Source: Lingula anatina (lineage: Eukaryota; Animalia; Brachiopoda). From it: 64,000 nt of DNA. The notes under the pieces were generated by a model. It ran no database searches and had not been told where the DNA came from. It worked only from the letters and a program-made list of their open reading frames with translations. The DNA is taken from the NCBI GenBank assembly GCA_051362555.1, contig CM120647.1:20560651-20624650 (forward strand), written 5' to 3'. The position numbers were made by a program, and so were the translations under genes. Position 1 is the first letter of the stretch. Each line of letters opens with the position of its first letter. Of the stretch, positions 1 through 14,500 are shown one piece after another.

Positions 1-92
1 AAAAAAAGATCAGTACAACAGTTGAAAAGATGAAAACCAAGAGAAAATTTTGATACTCAGTCGATAGAATTTAGAATAGAATAAGTTCACTC

Positions 93-1163
93 ATGTATGT
101 GGGACCTGATATGCGTTTATTTATTTATTTGTTTGTTTACAGCTTCCTAACTGAGAGGAAACAAAGTGTGAAGATAGGTAGTGTGAAATCAGACTGGCAA
201 CGCATTAATGCTGGTGTACCACAAGGCACAAAACTAGGTCCAGTTTTATTTGTCATTATGATTAACGATCTCAGCACCAAATGTGACACATTCAAATATG
301 TAGATGACACCACAATTCTAAGCTACGGGAATACCAAACTGCAGGACAATCTCCCTGATGCAACAACAGAACTCACTCTCTGGTCCCATGCTAATAAACT
401 AACAATAAATACTACCAAGACCAAAGAGATAATATTTGATTTCTCCAAAAAAGGACAAAACTACACCCTTACAAGTAGATAATCAAAGGAATGAGAGAGT
501 GGGGTCTGCTGTCTTCTTAGGGGTTAGGATCAATAGTGATTTGAGCTGGGAAGGTCACATCTGTGATATTTGTAAAAAAGCAAGTAAAAGGCTACACAAT
601 CTTAAGCTTCTGAAAAGAGCGGGTATTCCAACCAATGAACTTGTAAGCTTTTATACATCAGTAATCAGACCTACATTAGAATATGCATGTCAGGTGTGGC
701 ACCCAGGTCTTACACAACAACAAATTGATAAAATTGAATCCATTCAGATTAGAGCATGTAATATTATATTCCCAGAGCTGTCCTACGATGGGTCACTTGG
801 AACATGTAAACTTATCACTCTTGCTTGTAGAAGAGATTAACTATCTAAACCATTATTGCATAACATGTACTCTGAAGGACACAAAATCCATCATTTGCTA
901 CGAGAGATAAATGAAAGTTCCTACACTTTGCGCTGGGTTTATAAGTACACTGTGCCAAAATTGAGGACTGTACGATCGTCAAAAACTTTTATCCAATGGG
1001 CTTTATCAAATTTTAAGAACTGATTTTTTTATGAATTTTTAATGTGTATCGAATCATTTTAACACTTACAAGTATATTTTCAGATTATGCATCTCACGAC
1101 TATTTGTTTTTATTGTAAAATCCAACTTTTTAAGTTGCGAATAAATACATATTATTATTAATA

Positions 1164-1220
<57 letters not shown>
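93..1220 (+). mobile_element. 5'-truncated, frameshifted non-LTR retrotransposon (CR1/L2-like) RT 3' end with (ATT)n tail
   Basis: ORFs 93-482 and 436-840 contain RT motifs GVPQGTKLGP, KYVDDTT, LGVRINSDLSW and IRPTLEYACQVW. They are split by a frameshift and a stop, and followed by AATAAA and (ATT)n at ~1150-1220. Confidence 0.9.
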
Positions 1221-1221
<1 letters not shown>

Positions 1222-1309
1222 AAATAGAAAACGCATGTGTACAATTCTCTCTCCAAGAATTCCTATTTCTAACTTTTTTTAGATGTGTGCCAAGCTTGTT
1301 CAGCCTTGG

Positions 1310-1332
1310 TCACGTGCACGGTCACGTGCACC
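1310..1332. promoter_or_regulatory. Tandem E-box pair (GTCACGTGCAC x2) upstream of the secreted-protein gene
   Basis: gtcacgtgcacggtcacgtgcac lies ~150 bp before the ATG. Confidence 0.4.
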
Positions 1333-1476
1333 GATTGTGACGACACAGTGATTAATCCGGATTTGTCGAGTCACAGGGATTGGGTAATAGACTGGTTTAA
1401 AAACCGCGACGGAATTCGTGCCCTTTTACATTCGGGACTGACAGCAAGACGTGAAGGAGACAAAAAAGATAAAAAT

Positions 1477-2553
1477 ATGAAGGTAGGCCTAATTGGTACA
1501 AACGAGTGAGTTATATCAGCATTAAAAGTCGCTGGTGTTGGTAAATTCGCAATTTATCTATTTTTTGTTTGCTTCTTTGGTATTGGAATATACTCTCCTT
1601 CTCTTAAAGTTTGGATATCTCTCAGAATAAAAATCAGATTTTGTTTATCAGATCCCTTTTCTTACGTTTTCTTTTTCAGAACTTTAGCACACAATTAGTC
1701 CTAGTAGTATTTCTCCTGATTTCTGGAGATATTTTGGAGGCTCAGGGCGGACGAAAAAACCAGGAACGTCGTCTAAAAAGGCTACTGCGCCTTCAGGCTT
1801 CATCGAGCGTCCCCCTTGCGAACGACGCGCCGGCTGCGGGCTCTGATGGCGATTCCTCGAAGGTGATAGGGCAACTACAGAGCACGGTGGGGACCTTGGG
1901 CAGGCAACTTATCATGCAGCAGCTGTTTGTAGAGGAAAGAATACGGTCTGAGGGGAGCTCGGGGATAAAACAGATCAGACTTCAGACGGACGGTGAGTTT
2001 TGGGATCTTAGTTTAACTTTATGATCCAGTGCAAATAAGCATGGTTTTAAAGAAATGCTGTTTTGAAGAAATTAGCAGTGCACCTTTGCTTGCTTTGCAT
2101 GGTCGGTGAAATACTTTGCCCATAGGGAAGTGTTGAAAACCGGTGTTTAAAAATTATCATATGAATATCATTACATAAAAAAAATTCCCGTAGTTGATAC
2201 GACCGCTAGAGCGTGATCCCTTCATTACGCGATGCTGGGCCTGTTTGCACCAACCGGTCGTAAGAAAGGCGTAGCAGTTGCGCCGGCGTAAATCGAGCGC
2301 AAAATGCCACGCCCAAGAAAAGCCAGTTGCACCAAACTAGAATCGTTTTTACGTCGGTCTTAACTTAATTTACGCCTGACACCTAGGTGGTGTAAGTCTG
2401 TCGTAGCTCGTTTTCCACTATGGCTAGGCAAGCACAGAGAGAGTTTGATGACAATTATCCTGGTTAACGTAGAAAATGTGGGTTGTTATTTGCTTTTTCT
2501 TACACAAAACTTCCGTCTGTATACATGTAACTGAGCAGTAGCTTGGTTTTAAA

Positions 2554-2590
<37 letters not shown>

Positions 2591-5500
2591 TACTAAATAC
2601 GTTATTTATGTAGCCTTCTTATTATAAATTTATGTTTGTTGAAATAAGATGAGGAAATTGTAAGCTGATATGTCAGTAATCTTAACAAATGCTTATGTAA
2701 AATTTTTAATATGGTAGGAGTACATAGGAGTAGCCATGTACATGTATTTGCGTATGTACATGTATATGTTTAAATTAAATCTTACCATTCATGTCGATAC
2801 GTCTTGGCTCTCAGCAGTACGGTTTCTTTCATTCTTTTCATAATTTTGACAAACCATAACTAACCACAGTCATATTTTCTTCACATTTTAAATTATTCAT
2901 ATTTTACTATATATAAACATAGAGACGAGAGCTTAGAATATCAACATTTTGAGGCTCATATGATATGTATTAGGTCTCTTGTATTTCTTAAGCCCCCGTC
3001 ACACTTATTCGGAATCAGCAGGAATCAAGCAGAATGAGCCTGAATGAAGAATTTTCAAAATTCGCACCACATTCTGGAAAAAAGTTGAAATTGACCTTAA
3101 TTATTGTAAGAGTACCGGCGGAATACTCAGAATGCGCTTGAATTTGAATTCGCCTGGAATGATTAGTGCACTTTCGGCTGTATTACATGTAGCTCTCAAA
3201 TGCAGTTCGAATGTAGTTAGAAAACTAGGAATATCTATAATGCTGTCAGAAGGAAGTCAGAATATTTTGAAAATACTTTGAATGGCGTACTACTGTAGTT
3301 CGATTGCTGGCTAAATTAATATAGAAATGATTGTTGACTTCAGAAAGAATAGAAATGTGAAAGAACCCATTCATATCAGTGGCACTGCAGTAAAGCAAGT
3401 AGCCAATTTTAGACTGCTGGGGGTAGAATTCAATAGCTCACTTACATGGAAGGACCACATAGACAAACAGTTAAAAAAAGCGAGGCAAAGGGTATATTTT
3501 TTAAGAAAGTTGAAGGATTTTACTTCAAATGAAATGATTTTAGCAAACTTTTACAAATGCGTTATAGAAAGTATATTAACATTTGCAATCATAGTATGGT
3601 ATGGGCGGGCCACTGTAGAAGAACGCAAGCGTCTAGATATGGTCACATCAACGTGCGGCAAAATCATCGGTCTGGAACTCCCCTCTCTAGGTGCCATCTA
3701 TACTAATAGATCAGTAACAAAAACAGAGGAAATCATGTCTGACTATACCCCCCCCGCACATGGGCTTTTTAAATTTTTACCGAGCAACTGCAGGCTTTTA
3801 ACTTTTAAGGGATCTAAAAGGTTTTTAAAGAGTTTTTACCCATCTGCTGTGTCTTATTTTAACAACAAAAATGGAAATTTATAATTTATTTATTTATAAT
3901 TTGTAACCCGAATAGCAGTCCAATTTCCGTTTTATATGAATTTTATATTTATATATTAATGGCTGAATAAACTCTTATCTTATCTTATCTCTTATCTTAT
4001 CTTATATCAGCTCATTCGAGGCACATTCGAAACATTCCGGCTGGATTTTCTACCCCCGTCACACTAGAGGCGGAATGATCAAGAATGGCGTCGGAAATAC
4101 AATTCTTTGTGCATTCCTGGATATTCGAAGAGCATTCCGAAAATTCCGAGTGCATTCCAAATATTTTTACCCATTCTTGTGGCCGGCTCGAATGTTTTGC
4201 TCATGTCAAAAACTTTCGAAGTGCATTCCAAGTGGAAAATTATCTATTGGCATTTGAACAGAATTTTATCTGCACTATGACTGCATTCTAAATATTCTCA
4301 GGGCATTCCGACAGCATTCGAAACATTATGATCAGTTACCATTCCAGTGGCGTTATTTATACACTCTGGGTACCGTGTTACATTCTAAACATGTTAGAAA
4401 GTAATTTTGAGTATTTTAGGTATATCAGCTGCATTCTGTTTGAATTCTTTATATTTCAAACCATCATTGGCAGCCACACCGGGAGCATTTGAGTTCGCTT
4501 CGTATATCATTCGAGGCACCTTCTTACATACTTCGGCCAGCAATCAAAACTCACTCGTATGGCATTTGAATTTCATTCGGACTGCATTCTAACAACATTC
4601 GCAATATTCCCTCCCGATTATGGCACGAATTTTTCAATTAATTCATTCCAGCTGGTTCTGCTTGATTCCTGCTGGCTCCGAATAAGTTTGACGGGGGCCT
4701 TAAGTCACGTGCCAGTTCGAATATCCCTCGAATGTGATCAGAATGTTCCGAATGTTGCCAGAATGCCGTGAGAATATTTAAAATGCAGTCATAGTGTAGT
4801 TAGAATACTATTCAAATGCCATTCAATAATTTTCCACTTGGAATGCACTTTGAAAGTTTTTTAATATTCGGGCCGACCACAAGAATGGGAAAAAATTGAA
4901 ATGCACTTGGAATTTTTAGAATGCTCTTTGAATATCCAGGAATGCACAAGGAATTGTCTTTCCGACGGCATTCTTGCTCATTCTGCTTCTAGTGTGACGG
5001 GGGTATTAAACTACAAGGTGTAAGCTCGATTGAATTAAATGATACCTCACGGTGTAACCATAGATAAGAAATTGTCGACACTGTTGTAAAATTTAAAAAA
5101 GAAAGCAATGTTGACGTTAAAGGCGCAATTTTTGCATTATTTTTAGACTTAGAAGTTTCAATAACAAATGCGAAGGTGTCCAAATCTATTAATAGGAATA
5201 CACACTGCCTCCATTGCGTTTTTCTCATTTACAACAGTTCTCAATCAATGAAAGATTTATTATTTTTTTTAGCATACTATAATAATATTTTAATTTGGAA
5301 TATATTTAAGATTTTATTGCTATATATCCAAGGTAACAGCAAAGTTAACATCTTTTAACGTTTTTATTTCTAAATCAAAATGGATTGATGTAGCTTATGA
5401 ATTTCTCCGTCACTGAAATGCTCCTTTTGTGTTTATTTTTGTCATCATTCCATTGTGACTACATCTGCGAACTCCTCATTTGCCCAGTTATTGGGCAGTG

Positions 5501-8500
5501 AGGCAACGGAGCGTTACTCGGGCGTAGTTAAGATGATCATTTTTTGTCTTGGTGCAACGGGTGTAAGCAGGGAGAGTAAACCTGGCGCACGGACGCCAGG
5601 CGTTGCGGTTTACGACAGGCGTAGCCGAGTAAATTACGCCCTGTTGGTGCATCCAGGCCCTGGTGCGTTAAAGTCACTGAATTCTTTTATATTATGTGTT
5701 GATTATAACCCCTGTTTTGTCAAATACTCTAACAAGAAGAATCGCTTATGCCTTTCTTTCTCAGCAGAATCAACACCTAGCACATAAAATATATGACCAT
5801 GTATGAGAAACTGACATCCTGTCTTTACTGAAATGTTACATTAGAGCAACTTTGAGTATTACAGTTTATATCACTGGAGACCGACCCCTATTTGCAGCAT
5901 GCCTATGTCTTTTCCTGTAAATGGAAAGGATAAGTTAATCGCTTTATCATTATCGTGCTGAACGAGATAAATCATAGTGAAGGCAAAATAATGTATGGGT
6001 CATACCACAAAAAAGGGAACATTTGAGTTCCGCCATTGACGCATACCTTTTATGTAATATCTGATCAATTGATTTTTTCACTTTTATATTCTTGTTTATT
6101 TCTCTCCATATTGGAGGGATCAAACAGCAAAAATAAAAGTTAAAATAACGAAAGTATTGCATAAAATTTGTGCATCACTGGCGTGAATCAAATGTCCTCT
6201 TCCAGTATTTCATCTTTATCAAACATCAAGACATTCAAACCGCATTACTGTCATTTGAAACGTTCACCAGAGCTTCATTAACGCACAATTTGCGTATGCA
6301 GGGATTATCAATAAATCTATTAGCATGATTTGAGTATTTAGACAAACCACCAAAAGTCATTTAGAAGACGGAGGACTCTAAAATGGACACTCAATTTTTT
6401 ACAGCTGATAATAGTGTTTGCTATGGTCTAGTTGAAGGGGCATTAGTTAATGCAGTAATATAAAATGGCCACAAAGCGTCGTAAATCAAAGAATAGAGGG
6501 CTACAATGCCATGCAGGACAACACTTATCTTCATTTTATGGACTTCGTTTTGACGAAAGCCTTTATTGACGAGGCATTTTTGCGTCTTTTGTCTTTGTCA
6601 GACGTGGCGGTCTTCTTATTCGTTAACATTTTCTGATATAAAACGACACATAAACCTTTTTTATTTTTTAATCAATTTACTTTTTTTTTCGTTTGATAAC
6701 TTTATTTTATATTTTGTTACTTATTTTTATTGCGCGCACGTGAAAGTACTTGTGTGCTTTGCAATACGCCGCATCAGCTTAATTATTTATCTGAACAAAA
6801 ATCCCACGAGCATTATTTTCGTTTTAACCTCGTGGATCTGCTTTCTAATCCATCATCATTACACACTTAAAACTGTCCATATAATTTCCTTAAATTTCCA
6901 CAAAATAAGTTAACAGCCGTCACGCTCTGAATATCATCATCATCATTTCCCCGAAAATTATATTTTCTTTAACCAAATAAATTTTAATTTGCATAAACAG
7001 GTCATCCTAGGGTCGACAATATTGCTCTCCGGTTCTTTTGCTGTGTTGCCCTTTTTGCATGGATATATGTTCATGTGCATGTGTCCATGAGAGAATGAGA
7101 TTGAGATTGATTTTAAAATGTCACAAAACCAAATTTGTTTCTCCAGGCACGCGGCCGTACCACTCCACGACGTACACCGGTAACAGCGCCGTCAGTATTC
7201 ATAACCATGCTAACTACGACCGCACCATAGGGATGGGAGAGTTTGCCGCCGTCTTGAACGGGGTGGAGTTCCGGACCAGGCATAACGATTACAAGTTCGT
7301 CATGCCGTGCCGGAGAAGCAAAGATTTTCACTGCACAGAGGATATCCCTTTCCCTGATGTGCCACCAGAGGTACTGTTGGCATCGTTTTCTAATTTTGCA
7401 ACAGTGTCAGAATATTTCAAGTGTGAAATAGTCTGTTTAGTTGTAATACAGATTTTTATTAGTAGCAATCTTTAGTTATCTATCTATCCAATCTTCTATT
7501 AATTTATTTATGCATTTGTGTTCGTGTTTTGCTATGTTTGTATTTTTATTTTGTCGTCTCGTTTTTTAAAATATGTGAATTAATTTATTTGTTTGTTTGA
7601 TTGTTTGCTTTATTAATTAATTAATTTATCTATCTATTAATAATTATTATGATTCATTGCTTATTCGTTGTTTAATTACCAACCATGTATTCATTCAGGT
7701 CAGGAATAAAGCCACGGTGCAGGAACAGATAGCGGAGATGAAGGAGTGGTTCAAAGCTTGGAAAAATCAGGACAAATCTCACAGAGATTACACTAAATAC
7801 TTCAAAGCCAACCTTTGTTACTTAGAAGGAGCCTGGATGAAAAGCTCAGGTAATGGAAAATTATCTGCGGAAAATAATGAAGTACTCAGAAAGCTGTGTC
7901 ATATGTAGAATCTGTGGGCCAGAATGTTACCAAATCCCCTATTCTTATTATCTATTATTTTGTTGTTTGTTTGTTTATTTCAAAAGAAAATATGTACTTA
8001 ATGATATTAATTAAGCAAACAACATTAATTTGTGTCGCACTCAAATCACTTAGAACTGAAAGTCTTCGTATTTTTCACTCGCAGCACCTTTAGAAGAATC
8101 CTTCGACAGAGACCGCCACTTTTTGGACGCCACGGACTGGTTTGACCTGCACGAGAAGGCTCGCTTCAGCGCGTACTCTGGTCGCAAGGACAACCTTGAG
8201 AACTTTGCCTATCTTCCCGTCACCATTTCCGATCTCATCAACGGCACGATTCCCGAGCTTGCGCAGTGGAACTACCGGATATTATGTCATCCTCTGAAGA
8301 AGGACATACCGTTCAGCCACTTCCGGACCGTGGACGACCTTCATTCCAGAATGGCCTACAAATCCAGCATGGCGCTACAAACCGGGTCACGAAGAGCGAG
8401 GTAAGGCCAATTACGGAGTCTGTAACACTACATTTCAATAATTTTTATCTATCTATTTATAGATTTTCAGTATTGAATGAGGTTTAATAAATATTTTGTA

Positions 8501-11500
8501 CAAGAAATAAATTTATCTTCTCATTCAACAATATCAGAAGATTTCATATTTGTAAAAATATGGATTAATTTTTGAAAAATATAATAAGTAATATAATTGA
8601 ATGTACTGTATAATATAATAAAAACTATAAAAGTATAAATATAATTAATTGGATACACTTATAATTGTCTGGATCATCCATTAAAAAACTAAATTACAAA
8701 ATATTTGAAAGGTTCCAACTAAACCCTGACAACCGCGGGTACTGGGGAGAAGAGAAGGCGTATCAGCGTAGTTTTCTGGACGAGCTAATGGAGCAGATCC
8801 CAGGCAAGGACAATTATCCAGCTAATATAACAGACGACATCTTTGGTTACACGGCCTTCACCTTGGACCCGGACGAAGACGGCAACGACCGCGTGCTGAA
8901 TGCCGGTTACTACCATCGTTGGTTTAAAGTCGCTAAAAGGGTGTGTTAATTCATCTTTGTTTTTTTTCCAAAATTACTCTATCGTCTGTTCTGTCGTTAT
9001 CCAATCATTTCATTTTTATCCAAACTTTTAACATTTATATTGACCCATATTCATGACTTTTTCTTTAAAAATAAACTGCGTTCAAAAGTTTCCATTTTTG
9101 TGGTAAGTAAGTTAGAAACTCGTCCAACCATAACAAGGATTTTATTTATGCGTTTTCCACTCGGTATTAGGGAGCAAACGGCTTAACACAGATGCATCGT
9201 AGCTATGCCGACCAGAACATCTTCATGGCTATGACAACACAAGAGAAAGTAGCCGGTCTAAGTATTAAAGATTGTAAACTAAGGAAGAAAAACAACAGAG
9301 GTAAGTAAAAAAACAATTTTTATTCAATTTTTGACGATACAATTTTTTTCTATTTGGTCTCGGTATTCCATTCTGCCTACGAAAGCAGAAGCAAGGTTTG
9401 ATATGTACTGTATAATAATAACATAAGGTACACATTTCTTCAACCAGTAACATTTTAAAACAGATATTGGAAACCGTATTCCTTTGAGAGCTAATAACTT
9501 AAATTAAGAATTGAATATAATAAAACTATGAATTAGCCTTAAAAGTGGACTTAAATTTTATACTGTGGGGATAAAGTTTTAAAAAATGGGTATTTGAGGA
9601 GGGATTTCAATTATATAAGAATGCAATTCAACAGTAAATTATCTGCATACGTTTTACGACAACAATTAAACCTCAGCTGAAAACAGTGCAGACCATCTCT
9701 AGAAATGATGTCTTGTGTTCGACCTGTTCCTGTATTTCTAATTCGGTACTTTTAGTTTAAAATTTAAACGTTGTGCATTTATTGTTTCCTTCTAAACTGC
9801 CAGTTACATGCACATGCAAACGGAAGACTTGAGTTTCAGTTGTCCGGCAGAAAGGAAGTATGATTTAAGATTGATAGGTTGTATTTTGTAGTGCAAGACT
9901 GCGGCGGAGTAGAACAGAAGTGGACCTATTCTATCCCCCTGGAGGTCGTGTATTCAACGCCTCAGCTTTCCTGGAACCCTTACAACCTGCACTTCAAAGG
10001 AGACGCCAGGTCCGACCTTGGGAAGACTGTGAGAGAGGGGCCAAACTGTAAGTACCGTGGGTGTAGAGAGGTGTCTGGTGAATTTTGGGCAAATTAAGTT
10101 GAACCAATTTAACCAGTATGCTGAAAGTCTTAAACTTCAAACCACCATTGCGGTTGGCTGATCCAGATGTTTTATGAAGACCATAAACTATAGTCCGCTT
10201 ATGCCCATTTACGCATTTATTTAAGCCCGGCTATAACCATTTTATGCACGGAAATGGATAATTTCGCCCCCAGATTTCACAATCGTATATTTTATCATAT
10301 ACTGCCGATCATCTACTATAATAATGCCTATATTTTTCTTTTCTGTTTTTAAAAGGGTCTGTCCGTAGTGGAAAGATGGAAGCCAACTTGGCATTTAATG
10401 GTACCAACGCTGCCCTATACTACCAAACTCCAGTAGAGTTCTACACCAACGAGGATAAGGACGCTGCAGACACCATGAGATATGGAGGCGTTGGAGTCTT
10501 GGACAGACAAGGTACAGTAATGATAAGAATTATGGTTATATTTTAACAATTTTAATTTAGTTTAAGGTCAACGCCGTGAGTTATTATCTTTTCTTGGAGT
10601 CCTGTACAGACAAGGTACAGTGATGAATAAAATTACAATTACACTTTAACAACTGAAGGTAACCTGTCACTTAGGCGTAGTCAGGCAAGTTACAGCAATG
10701 ATTAGGATTACAGTTATACTTTAACCACTAAAATCTACTGTCGGGCCTACGCTTTGAGTTATAATCTACTCTTGGACCCCATTCCCACAGATTTTAGATC
10801 GATCTATCCCCGTGGGGAGTCTCACTAGATTACTGTCAGCTTAGCCGGCTTAAATGTCTGTCCCACCTACTAAAAGCTGTAAGGGGGGTAATTAACTTCC
10901 GTGCGCGGTCGGCTGGCAGCAATAGAGGTTGTCCGGGTTCTCAACGAGAAGACCAAGTTTCCCCGTGATTTTACGAGATCTGCCTTGAGGTGGGGTTAAA
11001 ATATGGAGACCACAAGAAAGTAGAGCAGCTATTTCTTTACTTGAAAAATAGCTGAACTTACACATTTTTGAGCTACAGGCTTGTTCTTTTTTCACTTTAT
11101 AAAGAAAAAGTGTTGATATAATATGTACGTACAACTGACATGTTGAATTTGCCAAGCTAAGAGCCGATGACGCTTGGAAAGCAAAATTCGCCCGGAGGAC
11201 GTGCTACGCAGCAAAGGTCGCGTTAAACAGGCTACATCACCAGATGCTTGTGGTACAGGAAAATGACATTAGTTACCATGCCCGTTGACACGCATGCCTT
11301 TTAGATGAAAGTGGCTAGGATTGAATGAGAATCGGACGGATGATGCCCCGGCAGCTTCCAATTATTCATGTGGCCAATGTTAAACTTTGCCAGGTAAGGA
11401 AATATTTCTTAATTTATAATGAAGTGTATATCACATCTCTGTTAATATATTACTGATGTATGATACGTTTTGTCAGCTGATGCTTTTGAATCGTTTTATT

Positions 11501-14500
11501 CACAAACTAAAAAGGCCATCATTATCACTTTTAGTTTGAACTTCAATCTCTCAAAAAGCCAGTACTATATAGTGCTATGTTTAGTATCCGGCATGTCAAA
11601 TTTGTTATTGTGAGTGAACATAAATTATTCGTTTTTTTTCAGTGGGGATGCCATATAAAACATGCTGTGGCTCTAGCATCATATTGGACATACCCGGTAA
11701 AGGGGGGCTGGATAACTTCACATGCAAACTCTGGGATAAAGATGGATCACATTGCTTGGCAAATGTAAACCAGTCTAAATTGACTTGAATCCTCTAGCTG
11801 CAGGGATGGATCTTTGAAGATCAAATGCCTTAGTGTACATACAAACTTAACAAACCTTGTTTATATAACAGGGGCGGTATTGTTATTCATTTTGAATAGG
11901 AATGATGCACTTTCACAACTATATTTAATCACCTTTATGGCCTTTGCAGAGATTCATTTGCAACCTTTTTGTCACTTTATGGGAGTGGCATGACTGTTTT
12001 GCTTTCAATGAGATCAATGTTGAAAGTAGGTCCATGTACATTCTACAAGCATTGGACATTTGTAAATAAAGTAATCCAGTGCTGCCGAGGGCTTAATTGC
12101 TTCATTCTTAGGTTATCATAATTACTAAATTTAAATTATTAACTCCAGCGTATTGCAATATAAAATTTCCTACTTAAATTACTTAAATTTCCAATTTATA
12201 TTACTGTCTTTGGGATTTTAAAAAGATGCTTGTCTAAACATGCCAGTGGATGCAAAATAAATATTAAATATATTGTTCATTTTTGATTGTTCTTCATTGA
12301 CTGGTCATTTCATGAGATCCGTTTGAACAACAAAAGCTTTATAACTGCAAATAATTTTTCTTTATAAATGTTTTACTATTAAACTTTATTTATAAAGAAG
12401 TAAAATAAAATCATTTGACATTTCATTTACTGATGGATGGCATATCAGAACATTAGACTTGCCTGCATCTTTGTTTTAATTTTACTAAATTTATAGTAAC
12501 TAATTCAAAAGGCTCAAGTTTGATCATAAAGTTAATTTTCTTTATTTATTTACTTATGAAAATGATGCTATAGAAACTAATGGATAGCATTCACAAATTG
12601 TAAGTTTCATTGTGATTAGATCCGACTTAAATGACAGGAAAATGGACAACATATAAGTTGAAATTTTCACAAAATCATTGCATTTTATTGAAAGTTATAC
12701 ACAAATGCAACAAATAAACACATCACAGGCGAACTTGTATTTGTGATCTGAGTAAATGATATGAAAAACAGGTGTCATATAGTTATTTTAAAAAAGTCAC
12801 AACAGTAACATAAGAATGATACTAGCAAGAAAAATAATTTTCTTCATAAAATCACTAGTGCAGTACAATACATAGGCCTATATATATATATATATTCATA
12901 AAACCAAATATTTCATTTTAAAGTAATAAAGAAGATACCTGATACTGTAAGTGACACCCAGACAAAAATGCTATCTGTTGACTCCTGATATAATTAAGTA
13001 AACAACATAACTAAGGACATAAGAGATTAATATACAATGAGCAATCTTTAACATCTGATTATCCTGACCACATGACTCTCACAGTTCTTGCCTGGTTCAA
13101 TAACATGTGCTGTGTCTGTCATGCTCTAAAATAAATAAAAAATAACTCAGTTTTCTGAAATAAATATCATTATGTGATAAACGTTGTTGTAAAATACCAA
13201 CTCTAATTTCTACCTTACTTGCAATTATCATAACTGACCACCCGGCATGGAATGTTACAAATGCAACTGAACATTGTGTATGCTTGTGGAAGGTTCACCA
13301 GTATTTCATAATCAGGTACACGTTATATGGAGATAGGAATGGTACAAGCAAATTTGTCTGATATAGTTACCGTAAAAGACTATTAATCACAAGTACTAGG
13401 GCTGTATTACATTAATAAACCATGGTGTCCTGTAAACTACACACAAAACTTACTTATTAATATGCCCCTCGACCGTTGATGATACGTACTATACGGTGAT
13501 GCCATGGAGCCAGTGATGTGCCGGGTGCGAGTTGTCTGCAGTTGGTCCCTTTCTTTCTACAAAATACTGCGACCTGATCTGTACTTTAAATATGTCGGCA
13601 CTTAGTCCTTTTAATCTAATCAAGCCCAACTTCTCTTTCTTCACTTCACTTCTCTCGCCAGTCGTGTCCGTCATCCATGGTCATTTTCCTGGTTTCTTGG
13701 AGTCCTGGACAGACAAGGTAGAATGGTGATTAAAATTACTGTTATCCTTGAGTTTGTTCTTTTTTACATATTCGACATCTGAACATAAATTTTAGTCCAT
13801 GAAATTTGATGGTCTTGACGTACCATACAGACAAGGTGTAAATTGAGCACACTTTTTTCTAGGCGAAGTAAAATCGGTAGATGCCTCTGGTTTTCGAATT
13901 GAACTTAACATAAATGGTGTTGGTGAAATTCGTCAGAGATGGCCTATAATGCCCGTGTCGGTAGAGGGCAGCACCATAATGAAGGAGATCGAAGCACTAA
14001 AGGTATTATTTATTTATTTATTTTGATTGGGATACTTTGGAAAGTAGTTTTTTTAAGACTTTGTCATGCACGACTTCCAACGGTTCTTTGTTTCTTTTGC
14101 TAAGTATCTCTGTAAGCTGAATGATTTCAAAACAGTGGTATTAATACATGGAACATATACAGGAGGATTTTAATTATTGACAGCGTCTTAAACAAGACAT
14201 TACCTATGACAAATATTTCTGCAATTTTCACCCATCCTTTCTTAATCTTCTTTCCATTTTCAAATATATGTGTGCTTTTCCCTGTCCATATAATTTATTA
14301 TTTTCACGTGGTGAAAACTTCACCATTTATTTATTCATTTAATTATGTTTATAGGACATGGTCATGGAGCAGCGGAAGTACATCAGCTTGTACCGTGAAT
14401 TACCGATTGCCCTGTCCTCTGATAATGCCACGGAATATGCTCCAACTCTGCGCGACAGCGAGCTCGAAACAACGGTCGCCACGGAGGACCCGCCTGGCCC

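Larger units (their letters stand above)
2238..5659. mobile_element. Non-autonomous PIF/Harbinger-like DNA transposon (outer element of a nested set)
   Basis: TIRs ggcctgtttgcaccaac (2238) and gttggtgcatccaggcc (to 5659), flanked on both sides by CTG (3-bp TSD). Confidence 0.7.

Noticed and set aside
4075-4771. Several short ORFs within the inverted-repeat region
   Set aside because: They lie in gaat/attc-rich MITE sequence with no transposase motifs.
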